Origin: an uncultured Aminicenantes bacterium
GTDB taxonomy: Bacteria > Acidobacteriota > Aminicenantia > UBA2199
DNA: 64,000 nucleotides
Direction: 5' to 3'
Assembly: GCA_965195285.1 (NCBI GenBank)
Contig: CBDAFS010000062.1
Coordinates: forward strand, 32,001 to 96,000
Made by a program: the position numbers and the translations under genes. How positions within the stretch are numbered: position 1 is the first letter of the stretch; each line of letters starts with the position of its first letter. Of the stretch, positions 30,738 through 40,458 are shown in pieces. The notes under the pieces were generated by a model. It had not been told where the DNA came from and did no database searches. It was given only the letters and a program-made list of their open reading frames with translations.

Positions 30738-32513
30738 ATGCCCTCTTTTCAATTCTGGTATACATTGACACTGCTGGTCACACTCTCTATTATATTAATA
30801 TCCGAATGGATCGAGACTGATATTGCCATATTTACGGCGTTATTGTTGCTGGTACTGGGAGGAGTAATTGATATACAAGAGGCCGTCAGTGGATTTTCCA
30901 ATCAGGGAATGCTGACCGTGGGATTTCTTTTTGTGGTGGCTGCTTCACTTCAGAGAACCGGGATACTCAATACAATCGGGGAAAAACTGCTGGGAGATCC
31001 GGGGTCCACATCCAAAATATTATTTCGTTTCCTCCCGCCGGTTTCCGCAATTTCGGCTTTTTTCAACAATACCCCCATTGTTCTCATGTTAATTCCGGTG
31101 ATCAACCTGTGGGCCAAAAAAACAAACCGATCGGTTTCAAAATTTCTTATCCCCTTGTCTTATGCCGCCATTCTGGGAGGTCTCTGTACCTTGATCGGAA
31201 CCAGTACCACCCTGGTCGTCCACGGGTTAATGCTGGAACAGGGCATGAAAGGCATCTCTTTTTTTGAAATGTCAAAAGTAGGAGTACCCATCGCCATCAT
31301 CGGCCTAATCGTAATCTCCACTATCGTCCACAGGTTTTTACCGGACCGTAAAGACCCCATCACCCGACTCGGTGGTCAGACCCGGGAATTTGTGGTGGTC
31401 ATGATAACAGGAGAAGATTACCCGAATATCGGCAAATCAATCAAGGCGGCGGGATTACGCCATCTGAAAGGACTTTTCCTGTTCCAAATAGAAAGAAACA
31501 ACCAGATCATTAACCCGGTAATCCCCGAAGAGATCCTGCAGTCAGGTGACCGCTTATTTTTTACCGGCCTTCCGGAAACCATCATGGAGCTTCAGAAACT
31601 GCCCGGTTTATATCTTTTAAAAAAAGCGACTCTTGACCTGAAACATTTTGATTCGGACCAAATGGGAGTGTATGAAGCGGTGATTTCACCCAATTCACCA
31701 CTTATCGGGGAAAACATAAGAAAAAGTAATTTCAGAAGCAAATACAATGCGGTCATTATAGCCATCCATCGCAGCGGGGAAAGGATCAATAAAAAAATCG
31801 GAGATATCGTCATTCACCCCGGCGATACCCTGCTAATCCTGGCCAAACATGGATTTGTCGAGCAATGGTATCATTCGGGGGATTTTTATCTGGTTTCAAA
31901 ATCAACGGATGTTTCATCAAAACCACCCAAATACATGATCATTTCCAGCAGCGTTTTGATTGGAATGATCGTAGCCATAGCCCTTAATCTGGTACCGGTT
32001 CTGCTGGCAGTTGGTATAGCGGCAGTCATCTTGATATTATCCAAATGCATTAGCCCCCATGATGCCCGTAACAGTATTGACTGGAAGGTGTTGTTGGTTA
32101 TCGCTTCTGCCTTTGGTATTGCAAAGGCAATGGAGAATTCCGGCTTGGCAACTTATTTGGCCAGCCAATTGATTCTTCTGAGCACCTCAACCGGGATACT
32201 GGGTATGCTGGCCACTGTTTATTTCATGACCAGTATCTATACCGAAATTATAACCAATAATGCTGCCGCGGCACTGGTCTTTCCAATTGCCTATTCCGTG
32301 GCCACTCAGGCTGGAATTGATCCCAGGCCCTTTCTGATCACCGTGGCCATTGCGGCTTCCGCCAGTTTTGCCACCCCGATTGGCTATCAGACCAACCTGA
32401 TGGTATACGGACCGGGAGGATACCGGTTCAAGGATTTTTTAAAGATAGGCATTCCCATGAATATAATAATCGGCATATTTGCCATACTAATCATTTATAT
32501 TTGGTATTACTGA
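30738..32513 (+). CDS. SLC13/DASS family permease with two TrkA-C domains
   Basis: SAFFNNTP, GGLCTLIGTS, two RCK-C domains, ASFATPIGYQTNLMVYGPGGY. Confidence 0.93.
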   Translation: MPSFQFWYTLTLLVTLSIILISEWIETDIAIFTALLLLVLGGVIDIQEAVSGFSNQGMLTVGFLFVVAASLQRTGILNTIGEKLLGDPGSTSKILFRFLPPVSAISAFFNNTPIVLMLIPVINLWAKKTNRSVSKFLIPLSYAAILGGLCTLIGTSTTLVVHGLMLEQGMKGISFFEMSKVGVPIAIIGLIVISTIVHRFLPDRKDPITRLGGQTREFVVVMITGEDYPNIGKSIKAAGLRHLKGLFLFQIERNNQIINPVIPEEILQSGDRLFFTGLPETIMELQKLPGLYLLKKATLDLKHFDSDQMGVYEAVISPNSPLIGENIRKSNFRSKYNAVIIAIHRSGERINKKIGDIVIHPGDTLLILAKHGFVEQWYHSGDFYLVSKSTDVSSKPPKYMIISSSVLIGMIVAIALNLVPVLLAVGIAAVILILSKCISPHDARNSIDWKVLLVIASAFGIAKAMENSGLATYLASQLILLSTSTGILGMLATVYFMTSIYTEIITNNAAAALVFPIAYSVATQAGIDPRPFLITVAIAASASFATPIGYQTNLMVYGPGGYRFKDFLKIGIPMNIIIGIFAILIIYIWYY

Positions 32514-32564
32514 ATATAGTTCATACTCCCGGAAAGATAGCGGATTGCTCACCCGGAACCTCAA

Positions 32565-32616
32565 TTGACATTATGGAAGATAAGGACTACAATAAATTCC
32601 CGATTTTTAAAGGAGG
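32565..32616 (+). promoter_or_regulatory. Sigma70 promoter and RBS
   Basis: TTGACA(32565)-17 bp-TACAAT(32588); AGGAGG at 32611. Confidence 0.75.
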
Positions 32617-32620
32617 CTCA

Positions 32621-32932
32621 ATGGATTCGATGTTCGGATTAGTCATTCACCATGCCATCATGCTGCTGCTGTGTTTTTTGATTATGGCCAACCGCTATCT
32701 GAATCCCAAGAGTAAATATATCACAAGTATCATTCTAAACCTGCTCATCACCATGGTTATTGTCAATCTGGGTTTGCGATACGGCATGGTCAGTGCTATC
32801 ATATCAATCTTCCTGTACCTGATATATATGATTATCATGAACAAACTGATCCTCTATATTACTGGAAAAATGGATAAATCCGATACCCTGCTGGACGAAC
32901 TCAAGAAAAAAATATATAAAAACGGGGACTAA
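32621..32932 (+). CDS. Small hypothetical membrane protein (about 3 TM)
   Basis: Consensus promoter and RBS, hydrophobic helices. Confidence 0.7.
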   Translation: MDSMFGLVIHHAIMLLLCFLIMANRYLNPKSKYITSIILNLLITMVIVNLGLRYGMVSAIISIFLYLIYMIIMNKLILYITGKMDKSDTLLDELKKKIYKNGD

Positions 32933-33309
32933 CGTCCCTGCTTCTTATTTTTTTCCGCTTTTGAGTTTTCCTTAATCAATTTTTCAATATAGTTAATATA
33001 TTCTTCTGGAGCCGATTTGATTTTTATCCCGAGCTTATTGGCAATATTGTCTGATTGGTTTTCCGGACAAATGAGCATCCACTTGACATCACCGGTGATG
33101 TCAAAGAGCTCATCTCCGGCCGCAATAAGTATGGAAACGTCTTTTTGATCCGGAACCGAATCGGAAGTAACCAAAAGCAGGCCTCCGGCAGAAACGTTTC
33201 CGGTTAAGCCCACCTGTTCAAAATTATTGGCACTGATATTGACTAGTAAGTTTTTCTTGATTCTCTTTTCAACCCGTGGCTTGGATTGAGTATTCTTTTT
33301 TTCAGACAT
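32929..33309 (-). CDS. Stand-alone PilZ domain protein
   Basis: RxxxR (RVEKR) and (D/N)xSxxG (NVSAGG) c-di-GMP motifs. Confidence 0.85.
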   Translation of the reverse strand: MSEKKNTQSKPRVEKRIKKNLLVNISANNFEQVGLTGNVSAGGLLLVTSDSVPDQKDVSILIAAGDELFDITGDVKWMLICPENQSDNIANKLGIKIKSAPEEYINYIEKLIKENSKAEKNKKQGR

Positions 33310-33378
33310 TTTCCTCAAGACTGTAACCCAAATAAAATCAAGTTAACCCAGTTTATATAAACCTTTACTTTTAAAATT

Positions 33379-33396
33379 ATGCATATTTGATGCCAG
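33379..33396 (-). promoter_or_regulatory. Candidate sigma54 (-24/-12) promoter of the PilZ gene
   Basis: Minus strand CTGGCATCAAATATGCAT, GG-N10-GC spacing, about 70 bp upstream of the ATG. Confidence 0.5.
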
Positions 33397-33425
33397 ACAG
33401 GAAAAAGGCTTATTAAAAAAACAGC

Positions 33426-33470
33426 AAAAAAAAAATGCCGAGAAGGCGGATAAAGCCCGTTTATCCGGCA
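33426..33470 (-). terminator. Probable intrinsic terminator downstream of manC-alr
   Basis: Minus strand TGCCG...CGGCA stem, alternative CGGATAAA/TTTATCCG hairpin, followed by a long T run. Confidence 0.5.
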
Positions 33471-33591
33471 ATAAACAATCGGACTGATATTCATTCTGGA
33501 AAACAGGCCAAAACAGGTCAAACAAAACGGGTAAATATTATACAATCCTGAACTTAAATTCATAGTTGTAGCCGTCCTGAAAACAAAAACA

Positions 33592-34716
33592 TTATTGGGA
33601 AACCACCTTTCGGGGAATGCAGGGATTAATTCGGGATAGTATTTCATAATGAATCGAACCGCTCAAGTTCGCCAGATATTCGGCATCAATCTTTTCCCCG
33701 TTCTCTATTCCGATCAGCAATACCCGGTCCCCTTCTTTTACATTTTTAATATGAGTCACTTCGGCCATCATCATATTCATGCAGATCCGTCCTCTGACCG
33801 GGGCCCTTGAATCCCTGACCAAAATAGTGGAGATATTGGACAATCGGCGATCGTAGCCATCATAATATCCAACCGGGATTACAATCATACGGGAACGGCT
33901 GAAAGTCTGATAGGTCAAACCATAGCCAATGTACCGGCCTTTTTTTATGGATCTGACCTGAGCCACTTTTGATACCCAGCTCAAAACCGGTTTTAAATCG
34001 ATTTTCTCTTTGTTTTTTTCAATGTAAGAAATATGGGTTTGCTTTGAGGGCCAGTAACCGTAGGCAGATATTCCCACGCGAACCATGTCAAAGTAAGTTT
34101 GCGGAAACAGCAGCGCAGATGCCGAACAGGAAAAGTGCCGGAGAATCTTTCGGGTTTTAACTTGAGCCCACAGTTCATTGAACAATTCCAGTTGGTGATC
34201 GGCACAGGAGTGATCGGTTGTATCTTCGATATTGGCAAAATGGGAATACAGGCCTTTGATTTCAATGCCGGTTTCATCCGGCTGGTTCAACAACTCTTTG
34301 ATCTCCGGTAACTCCATTCCCAGACGCGAGGTGCCGGTATCCATTTTCAGGTGCACCAGGGCTGTTTGCCTGACCTTGTGGGAAAATTGTCTGACCCTTT
34401 TCATATAGTCCAGGGAAGGAACCACTATTTCAAATTTCTGCTCGATTAATTCACTCAACTCCTCATCATCTGCCCAGCCGATGACCAGAATTCGCTTGGT
34501 TCCGGCCTCTTTTCTGACCTCCAGGGCTTCCGGAAGCGAATCCACCGCATAATATCCGATAAAGGGTAGATTCTTGCTCAAGCGGACAATATCTACCAAA
34601 CCGTGACCATAGGCATTGGCTTTGACCACAAACATGATATGCTTGCCACTGATCCGGTGAAAGAGAGTCAGATTGTGCTTCAAATGATCGGCATTGATTT
34701 CAATATGGGTCTTCAT
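33592..34716 (-). CDS. alr: Alanine racemase
   Basis: VVKANAYGHG, HLKMDTGTSRLG, SHFA, PVGYYDGY, GRICMN. Confidence 0.97.
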   Translation of the reverse strand: MKTHIEINADHLKHNLTLFHRISGKHIMFVVKANAYGHGLVDIVRLSKNLPFIGYYAVDSLPEALEVRKEAGTKRILVIGWADDEELSELIEQKFEIVVPSLDYMKRVRQFSHKVRQTALVHLKMDTGTSRLGMELPEIKELLNQPDETGIEIKGLYSHFANIEDTTDHSCADHQLELFNELWAQVKTRKILRHFSCSASALLFPQTYFDMVRVGISAYGYWPSKQTHISYIEKNKEKIDLKPVLSWVSKVAQVRSIKKGRYIGYGLTYQTFSRSRMIVIPVGYYDGYDRRLSNISTILVRDSRAPVRGRICMNMMMAEVTHIKNVKEGDRVLLIGIENGEKIDAEYLANLSGSIHYEILSRINPCIPRKVVSQ

Positions 34717-35765
34717 TTCAACCAATCAATGACTTCCTTCACCTGCTGCAACTGATCCATCGGAGCCACCAGGATACCATTCCGGGTATTGATCACCACC
34801 AGGTTGTCAAGCCCGATGGTGGCTATGGGCTTGTTCTCAGTTGAGAACAACAGGCAGTTATGACTGGCAATCGCCACATGGCTACCGATCTGGACATTCC
34901 CGAGGTTGTCTTTGGGATTTAATTCATAGACACTGGACCAGGCCCCTACATCACTCCATGAAAATGCCGCCTGGAACATCTTCACCTCTTTCATTTTTTC
35001 CATCAACACAAAGTCAATGGAATCGGGTTTGATGGCATTAAAAACGTTACGGAATTTCCCGGGTTGGTGAAAGGACTTCTCCAACTCATTATATACTCTT
35101 GAATAATCAAGGGCATACTCATCCAGGAATTCTTTGAAAAATTTCAGTTTATATACAAACATGCCGGAATTCCAGTAATAATTCCCCTGCTTTACATATT
35201 GTCTGGCCCGGGGGAGTTTTGGTTTTTCCTTAAATTTCTTTACCCTGAAGAAATCGGTTTCATTAAACCGGATACTTTTGGATTTATCAAAATTGATGTA
35301 TCCATATCCGATATGGGCCATGTGGGGTTTGATCCCCGAGGTAATCATCCAGCGCTGGTCGGCAAACTCCAGGGCATCAACCATCTGGGTTTTAAACATA
35401 TCCGTATCCGGAATGTAATGATCAGCGGGCACTACCAGCATATTGGCATTTTTATCAATACGGGAAAGCACAATATTTGCCAGTATCAGGCAGGGCGCGG
35501 TATTTTTGGGGGAGGGTTCGGCAATAAAATTGGACACCGGGAATTCAGGTATGGATTTCCTGGTCAGTTCCAGGTATTTTTTATCGGCCACAATATAAAT
35601 ATTGTCCGGCCGTATAAATGCCTTCAAGCGATTATAAGTCTGAAGGATCAGGGACTGCTGGCCCACGATATTGAGAAACTGTTTGGGTACTTCCTCGGTA
35701 CTGTAAGGCCAGAAACGGGTTCCCTGACCCCCGGCCATGATCAATCCGAAAGTGTTCTTCTTCAT
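34713..35765 (-). CDS. manC: Mannose-1-phosphate guanylyltransferase
   Basis: IMAGGQGTRFWPYS, PKQFL, EPSPKNTAP, FKEKP, WNSGMF, WSDVGAW. Confidence 0.95.
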   Translation of the reverse strand: MKKNTFGLIMAGGQGTRFWPYSTEEVPKQFLNIVGQQSLILQTYNRLKAFIRPDNIYIVADKKYLELTRKSIPEFPVSNFIAEPSPKNTAPCLILANIVLSRIDKNANMLVVPADHYIPDTDMFKTQMVDALEFADQRWMITSGIKPHMAHIGYGYINFDKSKSIRFNETDFFRVKKFKEKPKLPRARQYVKQGNYYWNSGMFVYKLKFFKEFLDEYALDYSRVYNELEKSFHQPGKFRNVFNAIKPDSIDFVLMEKMKEVKMFQAAFSWSDVGAWSSVYELNPKDNLGNVQIGSHVAIASHNCLLFSTENKPIATIGLDNLVVINTRNGILVAPMDQLQQVKEVIDWLK

Positions 35766-35979
35766 CCTATCTAATTAACACAATCCCCAATAAAATACAA
35801 TATTTTTCTTCATCATGCCAATCATTCATGTCTATAAAATAAATGCCATAAAACAGGATAGAATTCTACATTTTCGAAAACATAAATTGAAATTAAAATT
35901 ATAATTTCGTAGAATTCTAATATACGGAAATATGTGGTTTTTGTTTAAATCTTAATAACGGTGAGAAGGAGGCTGAATC

Positions 35980-36168
35980 ATGAAAGTTTGGGTATTTATT
36001 GTATTGCTGTTTTCCCTGGTGGGCCTGGCCCTGAGTATCATCAAGGGTGCCCCCATGGAATTGATGATGGTAAAAGACATCATCCTGTTGTTGATTACCC
36101 TGGGTATGCTGGTGAGGATCAGCTATAAAACCAAGCAAGGAGAGAGGGAAAAAGGCGAGAAAAAATAG
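35980..36168 (+). CDS. Small two-TM hypothetical protein
   Basis: AAGGAGG RBS, two hydrophobic helices, basic tail. Confidence 0.7.
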   Translation: MKVWVFIVLLFSLVGLALSIIKGAPMELMMVKDIILLLITLGMLVRISYKTKQGEREKGEKK

Positions 36169-36211
36169 CTTCGTTTTTATTCTAAAAATTAATACTATCT
36201 TTAGGGTTATC

Positions 36212-36658
36212 ATGGATAAAAGTAGAAAACTATTTCAGTTGTGGCTCATTCCAGTCTTATTTTTAATGATATCCGGATTGATTTTTGCCGTAGAAATCAA
36301 AATCAGCAATGCCGGGGGTACAACCTTGGCCTATATCTCAGATGAAGGCCGGATCGAAAACAGCGGACGGATCACCATGGGGTATGTGAACTCCGGCGGC
36401 CGGGTTGAAAATGCCGGTCGATCCACCCTGGGATACATCGAGGATGGCCGGATCGAAAATTCGGGCTGGTCCACCATCGGATATATCAACTCGGACGGTC
36501 GATTTGAAGATGCGGGAAGATCAACCCTGGGGTATATCTCTTCGGGACGTGTAGAAAACGCCTCCCGCTCAACCGTATTGACTTTTTCCGGACCCAGTGA
36601 TAATAAAAAAATCGGAGCATACATCTTCTTCTTTAACCAGGTACTTGAAAAAAAGTAA
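36212..36658 (+). CDS. Secreted protein with ~5.5 tandem 16-17 aa repeats (beta-flower-like)
   Basis: Signal peptide; repeats IENxGRxTLGYIxxxGR. Confidence 0.75.
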   Translation: MDKSRKLFQLWLIPVLFLMISGLIFAVEIKISNAGGTTLAYISDEGRIENSGRITMGYVNSGGRVENAGRSTLGYIEDGRIENSGWSTIGYINSDGRFEDAGRSTLGYISSGRVENASRSTVLTFSGPSDNKKIGAYIFFFNQVLEKK

Positions 36659-36695
36659 TTTTTTTAATATTACTGAACCCGACCATTTCTCTCCT

Positions 36696-37995
36696 ATGAA
36701 CACCAATCAATTAAATCATCAATCCAAGTTAAAAAAACGCAAACCCCTGCTGGCTGCGATCCTGAGCCTCCTGTCTTTGGGACTGGGCCAGGTTTACAAC
36801 GGAGACATTTTGAAAGGAATTGTTTTAAACCTTGTTTTCTGGGCGACATTTTTCTGGTATGGCTGGTATACGGTCTCGGCCTATTTCAGCCTTCACTGCG
36901 ATCTGATATTCTTTCTGATCACAGCCGGCGGTTTCGTACTGTTAAAAATCTATTCGATCGTCCAGGCCTTTATACGGTCGCGCCGGATGGGCAAAACCTA
37001 TCAACTGAAACCGATCAACCGCTGGTATGTGTACCTTCTCTTTGTCCTGATACTGCTGATACCCCCCATTTTTTCTGAACAATGCCATTCGAAATCAGTC
37101 CCTGCGCGACACGTCATTCCCCCATCCCTTCAGATCGGAGAGCGCCAGAACGGCTTTTCTGAATCACTACGACCAGCAGGCCGGGCAGTGGCCGGTGGCG
37201 TTCGAAACCAGGATGGTTGAATCCGCATACGGAAAGACCCACGTCTGGATCAGCGGGCCGGAATCGGCTCCGCCGCTGGTACTCCTTCATGGAGGCCCTT
37301 CCAATTCGCTGCAGTGGAAAACCAATATCAAGGCTCTGTCCCGGAACTACCGGACCTTTGCCATAGACATCATTATCGGGACAGGCCGGAGCATCAACAC
37401 CGGATCCATTGAAAAAACATCCGAACTGGTCAGCTGGCTGGATCAAACCCTGGCCGGTCTGGGATTGAAAGACAATATCAACATGATGGGGCTATCCTAC
37501 GGAGGGTGGATTGCCAGCCAGTACGCGCTGGCCGGACAGAAGCGACTGAATAAAGTCATATTGATCGCACCAGCCGGAACCGTATCTCCCCTGTCCATGA
37601 AATGGATCAAGTATGCCGTGCTTTCCCTGATTCCGCATCGCCACTTTATACGGAATTTTCTGTACTGGGTTCTGCCTGACTTTTACCGTAAAGACCGATC
37701 CGAACTCGACCGGCACGTCGAGGAGTCATTTCTGGCCATGCGCTGCTTCAAACCCGCCCATCTCTTGAATCCGACCGTGTTGACTGAAGCCGATTGGAAA
37801 CAGATCAAGATACCCTTATTGTTCCTAATCGGAGAAAACGAAAGAATTTATCCCAAAAAAGCTGCACAAGTTATTAAACACCTCCATTCAATCGCCCCCC
37901 AGATCCGGACAAAAATCATACCTGACGCCGGCCATGACCTAACCTTTGTACAGGCAGCGCTGGTTAATAAAACAATACTGGAATTTTTAAAATAA
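36696..37995 (+). pseudogene. Membrane-anchored alpha/beta hydrolase split by a +1 frameshift near 37062-37074
   Basis: TM N-terminus (KRKPLLAAILSLLSLGLGQVYNG); the shifted frame reads FRSESARTAFLNHYDQQAGQWPVAFE into HGG, GLSYG and AGH motifs; may be a sequencing error. Confidence 0.75.
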
Positions 37996-38040
37996 GTTGC
38001 TGAATATCCTATCTGAAGCCAGTTATTTATTACAACAAAA

Positions 38041-38081
38041 TGTATGAAATACTTGACAAATTGTAATAATTATATTACTAT
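38041..38081 (+). promoter_or_regulatory. Sigma70 promoter overlapped by two imperfect TGTA-N10-TACA palindromes (probable XRE operator)
   Basis: TTGACA(38053)-17 bp-TACTAT(38076); TGTATGAAATACTTGACA and TGTAATAATTATATTACT. Confidence 0.6.
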
Positions 38082-38139
38082 TTGAATGAAAATGATTACT
38101 GTTGATCAAATTTTTGAAACCAAAATTTAGGAGGTTACA

Positions 38140-38601
38140 ATGACACAATTAAAAAAAAGATCTTTATGGACGCTTTTGATATGGAGCATCGCTCTGGTTG
38201 GAATGCTTGTTGTCTATTTGTCCGGAGGCGGGCCATCAACTTTTTTAGAAACTGATCGCAGGGTGGAGCTAACCCGAATATTCATTACAGCAGGATACGT
38301 ATTGTACTTCATCATGCTTATCCTGACCCGGATCCGATCCATCGATCCACTAATCAAAGATGAGCGGGATGAACAGATAGCCAGGCGGGCCTACATGACC
38401 AGTTTTTATACACTGCTGTATTACGTTTTTCTCTTCTCTCTTTTCCTATACTGGTTTTTTAAAATTCACAAAGAAACTGCAGTTATGCCTGTGGGCTGGG
38501 TATGGATCCTGGCCGTATCCTCAATGTGTGTTGGATTTATCTGCAGTTCGGCAGCTACACTGATTTATGATGCAAGAATGAGCGGACATGGCCAAAGCTG
38601 A
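38140..38601 (+). CDS. DUF2178-like membrane protein
   Basis: Four TM helices, DERDEQI motif, AGGAGG RBS, paired with an XRE gene. Confidence 0.75.
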   Translation: MTQLKKRSLWTLLIWSIALVGMLVVYLSGGGPSTFLETDRRVELTRIFITAGYVLYFIMLILTRIRSIDPLIKDERDEQIARRAYMTSFYTLLYYVFLFSLFLYWFFKIHKETAVMPVGWVWILAVSSMCVGFICSSAATLIYDARMSGHGQS

Positions 38602-38800
38602 AATTAAAAACAGGGTCAGGAAACTGAGATTTGAAAACGGAGAAATGTCTCAGCATGAACTCGCAGATCGTACCAGGTGTACACGTCAGACAATAATTGC
38701 ACTGGAGCAGGGCAAGTATGTACCATCACTCGCTCTGGCATTCAAGATCGCGCATGTTGTCGGTATGTCTGTGGATGAAGTGTTTGAATATCAAGAGTGA
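38588..38800 (+). CDS. XRE/Cro family HTH regulator
   Basis: NRVRKLR...MSQHELA...TRQTIIALEQGKYVPSLALAFKIA. Confidence 0.95.
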   Translation: MAKAEIKNRVRKLRFENGEMSQHELADRTRCTRQTIIALEQGKYVPSLALAFKIAHVVGMSVDEVFEYQE

Positions 38801-38845
38801 AGCCAGTGATGAAGCTTATTAAAATTCTTACCTTTAATGGTGCGA

Positions 38846-40399
38846 TTATTTCTCAAGGGCATTGCGGATAAAAATTTCAACATCCTTCCTGAACTTGGCA
38901 TGGGAGGACCGGCGGACATACATCATGTGTCCCGACTCGTAATAGGCCATTGTGATGTTTTTCAAGAGTTCCGGGGGCAATCCCATATGAGCCACGGTGA
39001 AATCGGCATCAAAATAGGGTGTGGCAAAATCATAATATCCGCTGGCAATCAGCACCTTGAGCCGGGGATTGAAATGCATGGCCTGTCTCAGTATCTCTGC
39101 CGTGTTGAGATAACCACTGCCGTTCGGCTTCAGCTTCCAGGGCCAGACCCGGGCCATATAGTGATAGGGCAAATCGCTTTTGTATTTGAGTTCCCGCCTG
39201 ATATAGTCGTTGAGGAGCGAAACATATGAGCCGACCACCACAGACCAGCTCTGATCGAAATCCGGTTTTTCACCGGCTGAATCCCGGTCAATTCCGGTGT
39301 AGCGGGTATCCAGGCGTCCGACCGTTTTTCCCTGATCGCGAAGCAGTTCCTTGTAAAAACGGTCATCGGTAATCCTGAGGTTGCAGTGTTCGATGAATTC
39401 TTCTGAAAGTCCGGTAAAAAGAGATAGCTTCTTTGCAATGACTTTTTTTCTCTTGGGAGACAGGCGGTTTCCTAATAACAGGGCCTGCGCATACTCATTC
39501 AGGGCAAAGTTTTCGGCCTGAGCCAGAAGTATTCTCAGTTCTCCGGACATGTCCGGCCCCAGCTTCTTATGATACCAGGCGGCCGCCGTATAGGAGGGCA
39601 GAAAAATGATATAGGCCATGTCATTGCCAATACTCCAGTCGGTATTCTGCCAGTTGAGAATGGTGGAAATGAGGACGATACCGTTCAGGAACATGCCATA
39701 CTTAGTCTGAAGGTAATCGGACAATCCGGAGACCCTGGTTGTGGCATAACTCTCACCGGCAAGAAATTTAGGTGAACTCCATCTCTGGTTCCGGGTCACA
39801 TAGAGGCGTATAAATTCTCCAACCGATTCGACATCCTTTTGAAATCCGTGGAACTGCTTGGGATCCTCTCCGGGAAGAGCCCTGCTGTATCCAGTTGAAA
39901 TCGGGTCAACAAAGACCAGATCGGTCAGATCAAGCACACAGAATGGATTGTCAACCAGCCTGCCGGGAGGCGGAAGAACCGGAAAGCCCTCTTCATCGAG
40001 CAGGGATATTTTGGGTCCGAATGCCCCCAGATGAACCCAAACCGCAGCCCCGCCCGGCCCTCCGTTGAAACAGAACATGATGGGACGACTGGATGGATCA
40101 CCCGTATTATCCCGGGTATAGGCAATAAAAAACACAGACCCCTTGGCTTTGCCGCCCTCGTTTTTGAGCAGGATATTACCGGCTGTTGCGGTATAATTCA
40201 ATGATTTTCCCTTTATAACCATTCGATGTTTGGTAACCGACGTGGTTTCCTTCCACATCCCAGGCACTTTTGTTGTCGATTTTGATTGGGCAGGAGATTT
40301 CTTTTCTTGGGGTTTGGTATCGACTCCGGAACCATGAATCGACCAAACAAACACCAACAACAACCATACAATCACACGGAAAAGTCTTTTATTTTTCAT
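38846..40399 (-). CDS. Secreted serine carboxypeptidase (peptidase S10)
   Basis: Signal peptide, FNGGPG, DPISTGYS, AGESY, GYYDFATP, SGHMMY. Confidence 0.93.
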   Translation of the reverse strand: MKNKRLFRVIVWLLLVFVWSIHGSGVDTKPQEKKSPAQSKSTTKVPGMWKETTSVTKHRMVIKGKSLNYTATAGNILLKNEGGKAKGSVFFIAYTRDNTGDPSSRPIMFCFNGGPGGAAVWVHLGAFGPKISLLDEEGFPVLPPPGRLVDNPFCVLDLTDLVFVDPISTGYSRALPGEDPKQFHGFQKDVESVGEFIRLYVTRNQRWSSPKFLAGESYATTRVSGLSDYLQTKYGMFLNGIVLISTILNWQNTDWSIGNDMAYIIFLPSYTAAAWYHKKLGPDMSGELRILLAQAENFALNEYAQALLLGNRLSPKRKKVIAKKLSLFTGLSEEFIEHCNLRITDDRFYKELLRDQGKTVGRLDTRYTGIDRDSAGEKPDFDQSWSVVVGSYVSLLNDYIRRELKYKSDLPYHYMARVWPWKLKPNGSGYLNTAEILRQAMHFNPRLKVLIASGYYDFATPYFDADFTVAHMGLPPELLKNITMAYYESGHMMYVRRSSHAKFRKDVEIFIRNALEK

Positions 40400-40458
40400 A
40401 CTGAAATTATAGAGAACCGGGAGATCATTTTCAAGAGAGAAAGCAAAAGGTTATTCGG

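Noticed and set aside
33315-33647. 110-aa and 60-aa ORFs between alr and the PilZ gene
   Set aside because: They span terminator- and promoter-like DNA, lack an RBS and have atypical composition.
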